Below, piece after piece: positions 42,801 through 58,500 of a DNA stretch of 64,000 bases (positions are counted from its first letter, which is position 1; every line of letters begins with the position of its first letter). The translations under genes and the position numbers were made by a program. Source of the DNA: Eledone cirrhosa (Eukaryota); NCBI GenBank assembly GCA_964016885.1, contig OZ024760.1:30256001-30320000 (forward strand). Direction: 5' to 3'. The notes under the pieces were generated by a model, which was not told the DNA's origin, did no database searches, and worked only from the letters and a program-made list of their open reading frames with translations.

Positions 42801-45595
42801 GTAATGTAATGTGTAACATAATGTGTAATGTAATGTAATGTTATGTAATGTAATGTGTAATGTAACGTAATGTGTAATCTAATGTAATGTAATGTAATGT
42901 AATGTAATGTAATGTAATGTAATGTAATGTAATGTAATGTAATGTGTAATGTAATGTAATGTAATGTAATGTGTAATGTAATGTAATATAATGTAATGTA
43001 ATGTAATGTAATGTAATGTAATGTGTAATGTAATGTAATGTAATGTAATGTAATGTGTAATGTAATGTAATGTGTAATCTAATGTAATGTAATGTAATGT
43101 GTAATGTAATGTAATGTTATGTAATGTAAGGTGTAATGTAATGTGTAATGTAACGTAATGTGTAACGTAATGTAATGTAATGTAATGTAATGTAATGTAA
43201 TGTTATGTAATGTAATGTGTAATGTAACGTAATGTGTAATGTAATGTGTAATGTTATGTAATGTAATGTAATGTAATGTAATGTGTAATGTAATGTAATG
43301 TAATGTAATATGTAATGTAATGTAATGTATTGTAATGTGTAATGTGTAATGTAATGCAATGTAATGTAACGTAATGTGTAATGTAATGTAATGTAATGTG
43401 TAATGTGTAATGTGTAATGTAATTTAATGTAATGTAATGTAATCTAAAGTAATGTAATATGTAATGTAATGTAATGTAATGTAATATGTAATGTAATGTA
43501 ATGTAATGTAATGTAATGTAATGTAATGTAATGTAATGTAATGTAATGTAATGTAATGCAATGCAATGCAATGCAATGTAATGTAATGTAATGTGTAAAG
43601 TAATGTAATGTAATGTAATGTAATGTAATGTGTAATGTAATGTACTGTAATGTCTAATGTAATGTAATGTAATGTAATGTAATGTAATGTGTAATGTAAT
43701 GTAATGTAATATAATGTAATGTGTAATGTAATGTAATGTAATGTAATGTAATATATAATGTAATGTAATGTAATGTAATGTAATGTAATGTAATGTAATG
43801 TAATGTAATGTGTAATGTAATGTAATGTAATGTGTAACGTAACGTAATGTGTAATGTAAAGTAATGTAATGTAATGTAATGTGTAATGTAATGTGTAATG
43901 TAATGTAATGTAATGTAATGTTATGTAATGTAATGTGTAATGTAACGTAACGTGTAATCTAATGTAATGTAATGTAATGTAATGTAATGTAATGTGTAAT
44001 GTAACGTAATGTGTAATGTAATGTAATGTGTAATGTAATGTAATGTAATGTAATGTAATGTGTAATGTAATGTAATGTAATGTAATGTAATGTAATGTAA
44101 TGTGTAATGTAATGTAATATAATGTAATGTAATGTGTAATGTAACGTAATGTGTAATGTAATGTAATGTAATGTAATGTAATGTAATGTAATGTGTAATG
44201 TAATGTAATGTAATGTGTAATGTAATGTAATGTAATGTAATGTAATATGTAATGTAATGTAATGTGTAATGTAATGAAATGTAATGTAATGTAATGTAAT
44301 GTAATGTGTAATGTAATGTGTAATGTAATGTAATGTAATGTAATGTAATGTAATGTAATGTAATGTAATGTAATGTGTAATGTAATGTGATGTGTAATGT
44401 GTAATGTGTAATGTGTAATGTAATGTAATGTAATGTAATGTAATGTAATGTAATGTAATGTAATGTAATTTTATGTAATGTAATGTGTAATGTAACGTAC
44501 TGTGTAATCTAATGTAATGTAATCTAATGTAATGTAATATAATGTAATGAAATGTAATGTAATGTAATGTAATGTAATGTAATGTAATGTAATGTAATGT
44601 AATGAAATGTAATGTAATGTAATGTAATGTAATGTAATGTAATGTAGTGTAATGTAATGTAATGTAATGTAATGTAATGTGTAATGTAATGTAATCTAAT
44701 CTAATATAATGTAATGTAACGTAATGTAATGTAATGTAATGTAATGTAATGTGTAATGTAATGTAATGTAATGTAATATGTAATGTAATGTAAAGTAATT
44801 TAATGTAATGTCTAATGTAATGTAATGTAATGTATTGTAATGTAATGTAATGTAATGTGTATCGTGTAATGTGAATTGTGTAATGTAATGCAATGTAATG
44901 TAATGTAATGTAATGTGTAAAGTAATGTAATGTAATGTAATGTAATGTAATGTAATGTGTAATGTAATGTACTGTAATGTAATGTAATGTAATGTAATGT
45001 AATGTAATGTAATGTAATGTGTAATGTAATGTAATGTAATGTAATATAATGTAATGTGTAATGTAATGTAATGTAATGTAATGTAATGTAATATATAATG
45101 TAATGTAATGTAATGTAATGTAATGTAATGTAATGTAATGTAATGTGTAATGTAATGTAATGTAATGTGTAACGTAACGTAATGTGTAATGTAAAGTAAT
45201 GTAATGTAATGTAATGTGTAATGTAATATGTAATGTAATGTAATGTAATGTAATGTTATGTAATGTAATGTGTAATGTAACGTAACCTGTAATCTAATGT
45301 AATGTAATGTAATGTGTAATGTAACGTAATGTGTAATGTAATGTAATGTAATGTAATGTGTAATGTAATGTAATGTGTAATGTAAAGTAATGTAATGTAA
45401 TGTAATGTGTAATGTAATGTAATGTAATGTAATGTAATGTAATGTGTAATGTAATGTAATGTAATGTAATGTAATATGTAATGTAACGTAATGTGTAATG
45501 TAAAGTAATGTAATGTAATGTAATGTAATGTAATGTAATGTAATGTGTAATGTAATGTAATGTAATGTGTAATGTAATGTAATGTAATGTAATGT
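33420..45595. repeat. ~6.08 kb near-identical tandem duplication (about 33420-39510 / 39510-45595)
   Basis: Identical ORFs at offset 6081: 34467/40548, 35746/41827, 37036/43117. Left-side offsets are 6091 (33534/39625) and the right-side offset is 6083 (38613/44696). The rare AACCTG variant occurs at ~39201 and ~45284. Confidence 0.9.
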
Positions 45596-46479
45596 AACGT
45601 GTAATGTAATGTAATGTAATGTGTAATGTAATGAAATGTAATGTAATGTAATGTAATGTAATGTAATGTAATGTAATGTGTAATGTAATGTGTAATGTAA
45701 TGTAATGTAATGTAATGAAATGTAATGTAATGTGTAATGTAATGTAATGTATTGTGTAATGTAATGTAATGTAATGTAATGTAATGTAATGTAATGTAAT
45801 GTAATGTAATGTAATGTAATGTAGTATGTAATGTGATGTAATGTAATGTAATGTAATGTGTAATGTAACGTAATGTAATCTAATATTATGTAACGTAATG
45901 TAATGTAATGTAATGTAACGTAATGTAATGTAATGTAATGTAATGTGTAATGTAATGTTATGTAATGTAATATGTAATGTAATGTAATGTAATGTAATGT
46001 AATGTAATGTAATGTAACGTAATGTAATGTAATGTAAAGTAATGTAATGTAACGTAAAGTAATGTAATGTAATGTAATGTATAATGTAATGTAATGTAAT
46101 GTGTAATGTAATGTAATGTAATGTAATGAAATGTAACGTAATGTAATGTAATGTAATATAATTTAATGTAACGTAATGTCATGTAATGTAATGTAATGTA
46201 ATGTAATGTGTAACGTAATGTAATGTAATGTAATGTAATGTGTAATGTAATGTAATGTAATGTAATGCAATGTGTAATGTAATGTAATGTAATGTAATGT
46301 AATGTAATGTAATGTAATGTAATGTAATGTAATGTAATGTAATGTAATGTAATGTGTAATGAAATGTAATGTAATGTAATGTAATGTAATGTAATGTAAT
46401 GTAATGTAATGTAATGTAATGTAATGTAATGTGTAATGTAATGTAAGGTAATGTAATGTGTAATGTAATGTAATGTAAT

Positions 46480-49400
46480 GCAATGTAATGTAATGTAATG
46501 TGTAATGTAATGTAATGTAATGTAACGTAATGTAATGTAATGTAATGTGTAATGTAATGAAATTTGTAATGTAATGTTTAATGTAATGTAATGTAATGTA
46601 ATGTAGTGTAATGTAATGTTATGTAATGTAATGTAGTGTAATGTAATGTTATGTAATGTAATGTAATGTTATGTTTAATGTAATGTAATGTAATATAATT
46701 TAATTTTTAATGTAATGTAATGTAATGTAATGTAATGTAATGTAATGTAATGTAATGTGTAATGTAATGTAATGTAATGTAATGTAACGTAATGTTTAAT
46801 GTAAAGTAATGTAATGTAATGAAATGTAATGTAATGTGTAATGTAATGTAACGTAGTGTAATGTAATATAATGTGTAATGTAATGTAATGTAATGTAATG
46901 TAATGTAATGTAATGAGTAAATGTGTAATGTAATGTAATGTAATGTGTAATGTAATGTAATGAAATATGTAATGTAATGTAATGTAATGTGTAATGTAAT
47001 GTAATGTAATGTAATGCAATGTATAACGTAATGTAATGTAATGTAATGTAATGTGTAATGTAATGTAATGTGTAATGTAATGTAATGTATTGTAATGTGT
47101 AATGTAATGTAATGTAATGTAATGTAATGTAATTTAATGTAATGTAATGTAATGTAATGTAATGTAATGGAATGTAATGTAATGTAATGTGTAATGTAAT
47201 GTAATGAAATGCAATGCAATGCAAGCCAATGCAATGCAATGCAATGCAATGTAATGTAATGTAATGTAATGTAATGTAATGTGTAATGTAATTTAATGTA
47301 ATGTAATATAATGTAATGTGTAATGTAATGTAATGTAATATGGAATGTAATCTAATGTAATGTAATGTGTAATGTAATGTAATGTAATGTAATGTAATGT
47401 GTAATGTAATGTAATGTAATGTAACGTGTAATGTAATGTAATGTAATGTAACGTGTAACGTAATGTAATGTAATGTAATGTAATGTAATGTAATGTGTAA
47501 TGCAATGTAATGTAATGTAATGAAATGTAATGTGTAATGTAATGTAATGTAATGTAATGTAATGTAATGTAATGTAATGTAATGTAATGTAATGTAATGT
47601 AATGTGTAATGTAATGTAATGTAATGTAGTATGTAATGTAATGTAATGTAATGTAATGTAATGTAATGTATTGTAATGTAATGTAATGTAATGCAATGCA
47701 ATGCAATACAATGCAATGCAATGTAACGTAATGTAATGTAATGTAATGTGTAATGTAATGTAATGTGTAATGTAATGTAATGTAATGTAATGTAATGTAA
47801 TTTAATATAATGTAATGTAATGTAATGTAACGTAATGTAATGTAATGTAATGTAATGTAATTTAATGTAATGTGTAATGTAATGTAATGTAATGTAATGT
47901 GTAATGTAATGTAATGTAATGTAATGTAATGTAACGTAACGTAATGTAATGTAATTTAATGTGTGATGTAATGTAATGTAATGTCATGTAATGTAATGTA
48001 ATGTAATGTGTAATGTAATGTAATAGTGTAATGTAATGTAATGTAATGTAATGTAATGTAATGTAATGTAATGTGTAATGTAATGTAATGTAATGTAATG
48101 TAATGTAATATAATGTGTAATGTAATGTAATGTAATGTAATGTAGTATGTAATGTAACGTAATGTAATGTAATATGTAATGTAATGTAATGTAATGTAAC
48201 GTCTAATGTAATGTATTGTAATGTAATGTAATGTAATGTAATATGTAATGTAATGTATTGTAATGTAAAGTAATGTAATGTAATGTAATGTGTAATGTAA
48301 TGTAATGTAATGCAATCTGTAATGTAATATAATGTAATGTAATGTAATGTGTAATGTAATGTAACGTAATGTAATGTAATGTAATGTAATGCAATGCAAT
48401 GCAATGCAATGCAATGAAATGCAATGAAATGCAATGAAATACAATGCAATGCAATGCAATGCAATGTAATGTAATGTAATGTAATGTAATGTAACGTAAT
48501 GTAATGTAATGTAACGTAACGTAACGTAATGTAATGTGTAATGTAATGTAATGTAATGTAATATGTAATGTAATGTAATGTGTAATGTAATGTAATGTAA
48601 TGTAATGTAATGCAATGTAATGTAATGTGTAATGTAATGTAATGTAATGTAATGTAATGTAATGTAATGTAATTTAATGTAATGTAAAGTAATGTAATGT
48701 AATGTAATGTGTAATGTAATGTAATGTAAAGTAATGTAATGTGTAATGTAATGTAATGTGTAATGTAATGTAATGTAATGTAATGTAATGTAATGTACTG
48801 TAATGCATTGTAATATAATATTTAATATGTAATGTAATGTAATGTAACGTAACGTAACGTAACGTAATGTAATGTAATGTAATGTAATATGTAATGTAAT
48901 GTAATGTAGTGTAATGTAATGTAATGTAATGTTATGTAATGTAATGTAATGTGTAATGTAATGTAATGTAATGTAATGTAATGTAATGTGTAATGTAATG
49001 TAACGTAATGTATAATGTAATGTAATATAATGTGTAATGTAATGTAATGTAATGTAATGTAATGTAATGTAATGTAATGTGTAATGTAATGTAATGTAAT
49101 GTAATGTAATGTAATGTAATGTGTAATGTGTAATCTAATGTAATGTAATGTAACGTAATGTAATGTAATGTAATGTAATGTAATATGTAATGTAATGTAA
49201 TGTAATTTAATGTAATGTCTAATGTAATGTAATGTAATGTGTAATGTGTAATGTAATGTAATGTAATGTAATGTAATGTGTAATGTGTAATGTAATGTAA
49301 TGTAATATGTAATGTAATGTAATGTAATTTAATGTAATGTTTAATGTAATGTAATGTAATGTAATGTAATGTAATATCTAACGTAATGTAATGTAATGTA

Positions 49401-52400
49401 ATGTAATGTAATGTAATGTAATGTGTAATGTGTAATGTAATGTAATGTAATGTGTAATGTAATGTAATGTAATTTAACGTAATGTAATGTGTAATGTAAC
49501 GTGTAATGTAATGTAATGTAATGTAATGTAATGTAATGTGTAATGTAATGTAATATAATGTAATATATAATGTAATGTAATGTAATGTAATGTAATGTAA
49601 TGTAATGTAATGTAATGTAATGTAATGTAATGTGTAATGTAATGTAATGTAATGTAATGTAATGTACTGTAATGTGTAATGTAATGTAATGTAATGTAAT
49701 GTAATGTAATGTAATGTAATGTAATATGTAATGTAATGTAATGTAATTTAATGTAATGTTTAATGTAATGTAATGTAATGTAATGTAATGTAATGTAATG
49801 TAATATCTAACGTAATGTCATGTAATGTAATGTAATGTAATGTAATGTAATGTGTAATGTAATGTAATGTAATGTGTAATGTAATGTAATGTAATGTAAC
49901 GTAATGTAATGTGTAATGTAATGTAACGTGTAATGTAATGTAATGTAATGTGTAATGTAATGTAATATAATGTAATATATAATGTAATGTAATGTAATGT
50001 AATGTGTAATGTAATGTAATGTAATGTAATGTAATGTAATGTAATGTGTAATGTAATGTAACGTAATGTAATGTAATGTGTAATGTAATGTAATGTAATG
50101 TAATGTGTAATGTAATGTAATGTAGTGTAATGTATAATGTAATGTGTAATGTAATGTAATGTAAGGTAATGTGTAATGTAATGTAATGTAGTGTAACGTA
50201 GAATGTAATGTGTAATGTAATGTAATGTAATGTAATGTAATGTGTAATGTAATGTAATGTAAAGTGTATTGTAATGTAATGTAATGTAATGTAATGTAAT
50301 GTAATGTAATGTAATTTAATGTGTAATGTAATGTAATGTAATGTAATGTAAAGTAATGTAATGTAATGTGTAATGTGTAATGTAATGTAATGTAATGTAA
50401 TGTAATGTAATGTAATGTAATGTAATGTAATGCAATGCAATGTAATGTAATGTGTAATGTGTAATGTGTAATGTAATGTAATGTAATGTAATGTGTAATG
50501 TAATGTAATGTAATCTAATGTAATGTAATGTAATGTGTAATGTAATGTAATGTAATGTAATGTAATGTAATGTGTAATGTAATGTAATGTAATGTAATGT
50601 AATGTGTAATGTAATGTAATGTAATGTAATGTAATGTAATGTAATGTTATGTGTAACGTAATGTAATGTAATGTAATGTGTTATGTAATGTAATGTGCAA
50701 TGTAATGTAATGTAATGTAATGTAATGGAATGTAATGAGTAATGTAATGTAATGTAATGTGTAATGTAATGTAATGTAATGTAATGTAGTGTAATGTAAT
50801 GGAATGTGTATTGTAATGTAATGTAATGTAATGTAATGTAATGTAACGTAATGTGTAATGTAATGTAATGTAATGTGTAATGTAATGTAATGTAATATGT
50901 AATGTAATGTAATGTAATGTAATGTAATGTAATGTGTAATGTAATGTAATGTAATGTAATGTGTAATGTAATGTAATGTAATGTAATGTAATTTAATTTA
51001 ATGTAATGTAATGTGTAATGTAATGTGTAATGTAATGTAATGTAATGTGTAATGTAATGTAACGTAATGTGTAATGTAATGTAATGTAATGTAATTTAAT
51101 GTAATGTAATGTAATGTAATGTAATGTAATGTAATGTGATGTGTAATGAAATGTATTGTAATGTAATGCAATGTAATGTAATGTGTAATGTAATGTAATG
51201 TAATGTGTAATGTCATGTAATGTAATGTAATGTAATGTAATGTAATGTAATGTAATGTGTAATGTAATGTAATGTATTGTGTAATGTAATATAATGTAAT
51301 GTTTAATGTAATGTAATGTAATGTAATGTAATGTAATGTAATGTAATGTAATGTAATGTAATGTAATGTTATGTTTTATGTAATGTAATGTAATATAATG
51401 TAATTTTTAATGTAATGTAATGTAATGTAATGTAATGTAATATAAAGTGTAATGTAATGTAATGTAATGTAACGTAATGTTTAATGTAAAGTAATGTAAT
51501 GTAATGAAATGTAATGTAATCTGTAATGTAATGTAATGTAATGTAATGTAATGTAATGTAATATAATGTTTAACGTAATGTAATATAATGTAATGTAATG
51601 TAATGTATTGTAATGTGTAATGTAATGTAATGTAATGTAATGTAATGTTTAATGTAATGTAATGTAATGTAATGTAATGTAATGTAATGTAATGTAATGT
51701 AATGTAATGTAATGTGTAATGTAATGTAATGTAATGTAATGTAATGTAATGTAATGTTTAATGTAATGTAATGTAATGTAATGCAATGTAATATGTAATG
51801 TAATGTAATGTAATGTGTAATGTAATGTAATGTAATGTAATGTAAGGTGTAATGTAATGTAATGTAATGTAATGTAATGTAATGTAATGTGTAATGTAAT
51901 GTAATGTAATGTAATGTAATGTAATGTAATGTAATGTAATGTAATGTAATGTGTAATGTAATGTAATGTAACGTAATGTAATGTAATGTCATGTAATGTA
52001 ATGTGTAATGTAATGTAATGCAATGCAATGCAATACAATGCAATGCAAGGCAATGCAATGCAATGCAATGTAATGTAGTGTAATGTAATGTAATGTAATG
52101 TGTAATGAAATGTAATGTAATGTAATATAATGTAATGTGTAATGTAATGTAATGTAATATGGAATGTAATGTAATGTAATGTAATGTAATGTAATGTAAT
52201 GTAATGTAATGTAATGTAATGTAATGTAATGTAATGTAATGTGTAATGTAATGTAATGTAATGTAATGTGTAATGTAATGTAATGTAATGCAATGTAATG
52301 TAATGTAATGTGTAATGTAATGTAATGTAATGTAATGTAACGTAATGTAATGTAATGTAATGTGTAATGTAATGAAATTTGTAATGTAATGTTTAATGTA

Positions 52401-55400
52401 ATGTAATGTAATGTAATGTAGTGTAATGTAATGTTATGTAATGTAATGTAATGTTATGTTTAATGTAATGTAATGTAATATAATTTAATTTTTAATGTAA
52501 TGTAATGTAATGTAATGTAATGTAATGTAATGTAATGTAATGTGTAATGTAATGTAATGTAATGTAATGTAACGTAATGTTTAATGTAAAGTAATGTAAT
52601 GTAATGAAATGTAATGTAATGTGTAATGTAATGTAACGTAGTGTAATGTAATATAATGTGTAATGTAATGTAATGTAATGTAATGTAATGTAATGTAATG
52701 AGTAAATGTGTAATGTAATGTAATGTAATGTGTAATGTAATGTAATGAAATATGTAATGTAATGTAATGTAATGTGTAATGTAATGTAATGTAATGTAAT
52801 GTAATGTATAACGTAATGTAATGTAATGTAATGTAATGTGTAATGTAATGTAATGTGTAATGTAATGTAATGTATTGTAATGTGTAATGTAATGTAATGT
52901 AATGTAATGTAATGTAATTTAATGTAATGTAATGTAATGTAATGTAATGTAATGGAATGTAATGTAATGTAATGTGTAATGTAATGTAATGCAATGCAAT
53001 GCAATGCAAGCCAATGCAATGCAATGCAATGCAATGTAATGTAATGTAATGTAATGTAATGTGTAATGTAATTTAATGTAATGTAATATAATGTAATGTG
53101 TAATGTAATGTAATGTAATATGGAATGTAATCTAATGTAATGTAATGTGTAATGTAATGTAATGTAATGTAATGTAATGTGTAATGTAATGTAATGTAAT
53201 GTAACGTGTAATGTAATGTAATGTAATGTAACGTGTAACGTAATGTAATGTAATGTAATGTAATGTAATGTAATGTGTAATGCAATGTAATGTAATGTAA
53301 TGAAATGTAATGTGTAATGTAATGTAATGTAATGTAATGTAATGTAATGTAATGTAATGTAATGTAATGTAATGTAATGTGTAATGTAATGTAATGTAAT
53401 GTAGTATGTAATGTAATGTAATGTAATGTAATGTAATGTAATGTATTGTAATGTAATGTAATGTAATGCAATGCAATGCAATACAATGCAATGCAATGTA
53501 ACGTAATGTAATGTAATGTAATGTGTAATGTAATGTAATGTGTAATGTAATGTAATGTAATGTAATGTAATGTAATGTAATTTAATATAATGTAATGTAA
53601 TGTAATGTAATGTAATGTAATGTAATGTAATGTAATGTAATTTAATGTAATGTGTAATGTAATGTAATGTAATGTAATGTGTAATGTAATGTAATGTAAT
53701 GTAATGTAACGTAACGTAATGTAATGTAATTTAATGTGTGATGTAATGTAATGTAATGTCATGTAATGTAATGTAATGTAATGTGTAATGTAATGTAATA
53801 GTGTAATGTAATGTAATGTAATGTAATGTAATGTAATGTAATGTAATGTAATGTAATGTAATGTAATGTGTAATGTAATGTAATGTAATGTAATGTAATA
53901 TAATGTGTAATGTAATGTAATATAATGTAATGTAGTATGTAATGTAACGTAATGTAATGTAATATGTAATGTAATGTAACGTCTAATGTAATGTATTGTA
54001 ATGTAATGTAATGTAATGTAATATGTAATGTAATGTATTGTAATGTAAAGTAATGTAATGTAATGTAATGTGTAATGTAATGTAATGTAATGCAATCTGT
54101 AATGTAATATAATGTAATGTAATGTAATGTGTAATGTAATGTAATGTAATGTAATGTAATGTAATGCAATGCAATGCAATGCAATGCAATGAAATGCAAT
54201 GAAATGCAATGAAATACAATGCAATGCAATGCAATGCAATGCAATGCAATGCAATGTAATGTAATGTAATGTAATGTAACGTAATGTAATGTAATGTAAC
54301 GTAACGTAACGTAATGTAATGTGTAATGTAATGTAATGTAATGTAATATGTAATGTAATGTAATGTGTAATGTAATGTAATGTAATGTAATGTAATGCAA
54401 TGTAATGTAATGTGTAATGTAATGTAATGTAATGTAATGTAATGTAATGTAATGTAATTTAATGTAATGTAAAGTAATGTAATGTAATGTAATGTGTAAT
54501 GTAATGTAATGTAAAGTAATGTAATGTGTAATGTAATGTAATGTGTAATGTAATGTAATGTAATGTAATGTAATGTAATGTACTGTAATGCATTGTAATA
54601 TAATATTTAATATGTAATGTAATGTAATGTAACGTAACGTAACGTAACGTAATGTAATGTAATGTAATGTAATATGTAATGTAATGTAATGTAGTGTAAT
54701 GTAATGTAATGTAATGTTATGTAATGTAATGTAATGTGTAATGTAATGTAATGTAATGTAATGTAATGTAATGTGTAATGTAATGTAACGTAATGTATAA
54801 TGTAATGTAATATAATGTGTAATGTAATGTAATGTAATGTAATGTAATGTAATGTAATGTAATGTGTAATGTAATGTAATGTAATGTAATGTAATGTAAT
54901 GTAATGTGTAATGTGTAATCTAATGTAATGTAATGTAACGTAATGTAATGTAATGTAATGTAATGTAATATGTAATGTAATGTAATGTAATTTAATGTAA
55001 TGTATAATGTAATGTAATGTAATGTGTAATGTGTAATGTAATGTAATGTAATGTAATGTAATGTGTAATGTGTAATGTAATGTAATGTAATATGTAATGT
55101 AATGTAGTGTAATTTAATGTAATGTTTAATGTAATGTAATGTAATGTAATGTAATGTAATATCTAACGTAATGTAATGTAATGTAATGTAATGTAATGTA
55201 ATGTAATGTAATGTAATGTAATGTAATGTAATGTAATGTAATGTGTAATGTGTAATGTAATGTAATGTAATGTGTAATGTAATGTAATGTAATTTAACGT
55301 AATGTAATGTGTAATGTAACGTGTAATGTAATGTAATGTAATGTAATGTAATGTAATGTGTAATGTAATGTAATATAATGTAATATATAATGTAATGTAA

Positions 55401-55570
55401 TGTAATGTAATGTAATGTAATGTAATGTAATGTAATGTAATGTAATGTAATGTAATGTAATGTAATGTGTAATGTAATGTAATGTAATGTAATGTAATGT
55501 ACTGTAATGTGTAATGTAATGTAATGTAATGTAATGTAATGTAATGTAATGTAATGTAATATGTAATGTA
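46480..55570. repeat. ~5.79 kb-period duplication nested in the 9.9 kb unit (about 46480-49730 repeated at 52290-55570)
   Basis: Offset of 5785 for AAGCC 47223/53008, ORF ends 48615/54400 and GCATT 48805/54590. Confidence 0.87.
48391..48465. repeat. Longest variant island: (GCAAT)5 GAAAT GCAAT GAAAT GCAAT GAAAT ACAAT (GCAAT)4; copies at 54166-54255 and 58336-58410
   Basis: Read directly: 15 consecutive units with no canonical GTAAT. Confidence 0.95.
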
Positions 55571-58500
55571 ATGTAATGTAATGTAATGTAATGTAATGTA
55601 ATGTAATGTAATGTAATGTAATGTGTAATGTAATGTGTAATGTAATGTAATGTAATGTAATGAAATGTAATGTAATGTGTAATGTAATGTAATGTATTGT
55701 GTAATGTAATGTAATGTAATGTAATGTAATGTAATGTAATGTAATGTAATGTAATGTAATGTAGTATGTAATGTGATGTAATGTAATGTAATGTAATGTA
55801 ATGTGTAATGTAACGTAATGTAATCTAATATTATGTAACGTAATGTAATGTAATGTAATGTAACGTAATGTAATGTAATGTAATGTAATGTGTAATGTAA
55901 TGTTATGTAATGTAATATGTAATGTAATGTAATGTAATGTAATGTAATGTAATGTAATGTAACGTAATGTAATGTAATGTAAAGTAATGTAATGTAACGT
56001 AAAGTAATGTAATGTAATGTAATGTATAATGTAATGTAATGTAATGTGTAATGTAATGTAATGTAATGTAATGAAATGTAACGTAATGTAATGTAATGTA
56101 ATATAATTTAATGTAACGTAATGTCATGTAATGTAATGTAATGTAATGTAATGTGTAACGTAATGTAATGTAATGTAATGTAATGTGTAATGTAATGTAA
56201 TGTAATGTAATGCAATGTGTAATGTAATGTAATGTAATGTAATGTAATGTAATGTAATGTAATGTAATGTAATGTAATGTAATGTAATGTAATGTAATGT
56301 GTAATGAAATGTAATGTAATGTAATGTAATGTAATGTAATGTAATGTAATGTAATGTAATGTAATGTAATGTAATGTGTAATGTAATGTAAGGTAATGTA
56401 ATGTGTAATGTAATGTAATGTAATGCAATGTAATGTAATGTAATGTGTAATGTAATGTAATGTAATGTAACGTAATGTAATGTAATGTAATGTGTAATGT
56501 AATGAAATTTGTAATGTAATGTTTAATGTAATGTAATGTAATGTAATGTAGTGTAATGTAATGTTATGTAATGTAATGTAGTGTAATGTAATGTTATGTA
56601 ATGTAATGTAATGTTATGTTTAATGTAATGTAATGTAATATAATTTAATTTTTAATGTAATGTAATGTAATGTAATGTAATGTAATGTAATGTAATGTAA
56701 TGTGTAATGTAATGTAATGTAATGTAATGTAACGTAATGTTTAATGTAAAGTAATGTAATGTAATGAAATGTAATGTAATGTGTAATGTAATGTAACGTA
56801 GTGTAATGTAATATAATGTGTAATGTAATGTAATGTAATGTAATGTAATGTAATGTAATGAGTAAATGTGTAATGTAATGTAATGTAATGTGTAATGTAA
56901 TGTAATGAAATATGTAATGTAATGTAATGTAATGTGTAATGTAATGTAATGTAATGTAATGTAATGTATAACGTAATGTAATGTAATGTAATGTAATGTG
57001 TAATGTAATGTAATGTGTAATGTAATGTAATGTATTGTAATGTGTAATGTAATGTAATGTAATGTAATGTAATGTAATTTAATGTAATGTAATGTAATGT
57101 AATGTAATGTAATGGAATGTAATGTAATGTAATGTGTAATGTAATGTAATGAAATGCAATGCAATGCAAGCCAATGCAATGCAATGCAATGCAATGTAAT
57201 GTAATGTAATGTAATGTAATGTAATGTGTAATGTAATTTAATGTAATGTAATATAATGTAATGTGTAATGTAATGTAATGTAATATGGAATGTAATCTAA
57301 TGTAATGTAATGTGTAATGTAATGTAATGTAATGTAATGTAATGTGTAATGTAATGTAATGTAATGTAACGTGTAATGTAATGTAATGTAATGTAACGTG
57401 TAACGTAATGTAATGTAATGTAATGTAATGTAATGTAATGTGTAATGCAATGTAATGTAATGTAATGAAATGTAATGTGTAATGTAATGTAATGTAATGT
57501 AATGTAATGTAATGTAATGTAATGTAATGTAATGTAATGTAATGTAATGTGTAATGTAATGTAATGTAATGTAGTATGTAATGTAATGTAATGTAATGTA
57601 ATGTAATGTAATGTATTGTAATGTAATGTAATGTAATGCAATGCAATGCAATACAATGCAATGCAATGTAACGTAATGTAATGTAATGTAATGTGTAATG
57701 TAATGTAATGTGTAATGTAATGTAATGTAATGTAATGTAATGTAATTTAATATAATGTAATGTAATGTAATGTAACGTAATGTAATGTAATGTAATGTAA
57801 TGTAATTTAATGTAATGTGTAATGTAATGTAATGTAATGTAATGTGTAATGTAATGTAATGTAATGTAATGTAATGTAACGTAACGTAATGTAATGTAAT
57901 TTAATGTGTGATGTAATGTAATGTAATGTCATGTAATGTAATGTAATGTAATGTGTAATGTAATGTAATAGTGTAATGTAATGTAATGTAATGTAATGTA
58001 ATGTAATGTAATGTAATGTAATGTGTAATGTAATGTAATGTAATGTAATGTAATATAATGTGTAATGTAATGTAATGTAATGTAATGTAGTATGTAATGT
58101 AACGTAATGTAATGTAATATGTAATGTAATGTAATGTAATGTAACGTCTAATGTAATGTATTGTAATGTAATGTAATGTAATGTAATATGTAATGTAATG
58201 TATTGTAATGTAAAGTAATGTAATGTAATGTAATGTGTAATGTAATGTAATGTAATGCAATCTGTAATGTAATATAATGTAATGTAATGTAATGTGTAAT
58301 GTAATGTAACGTAATGTAATGTAATGTAATGTAATGCAATGCAATGCAATGCAATGCAATGAAATGCAATGAAATGCAATGAAATACAATGCAATGCAAT
58401 GCAATGCAATGTAATGTAATGTAATGTAATGTAATGTAACGTAATGTAATGTAATGTAACGTAACGTAACGTAATGTAATGTGTAATGTAATGTAATGTA

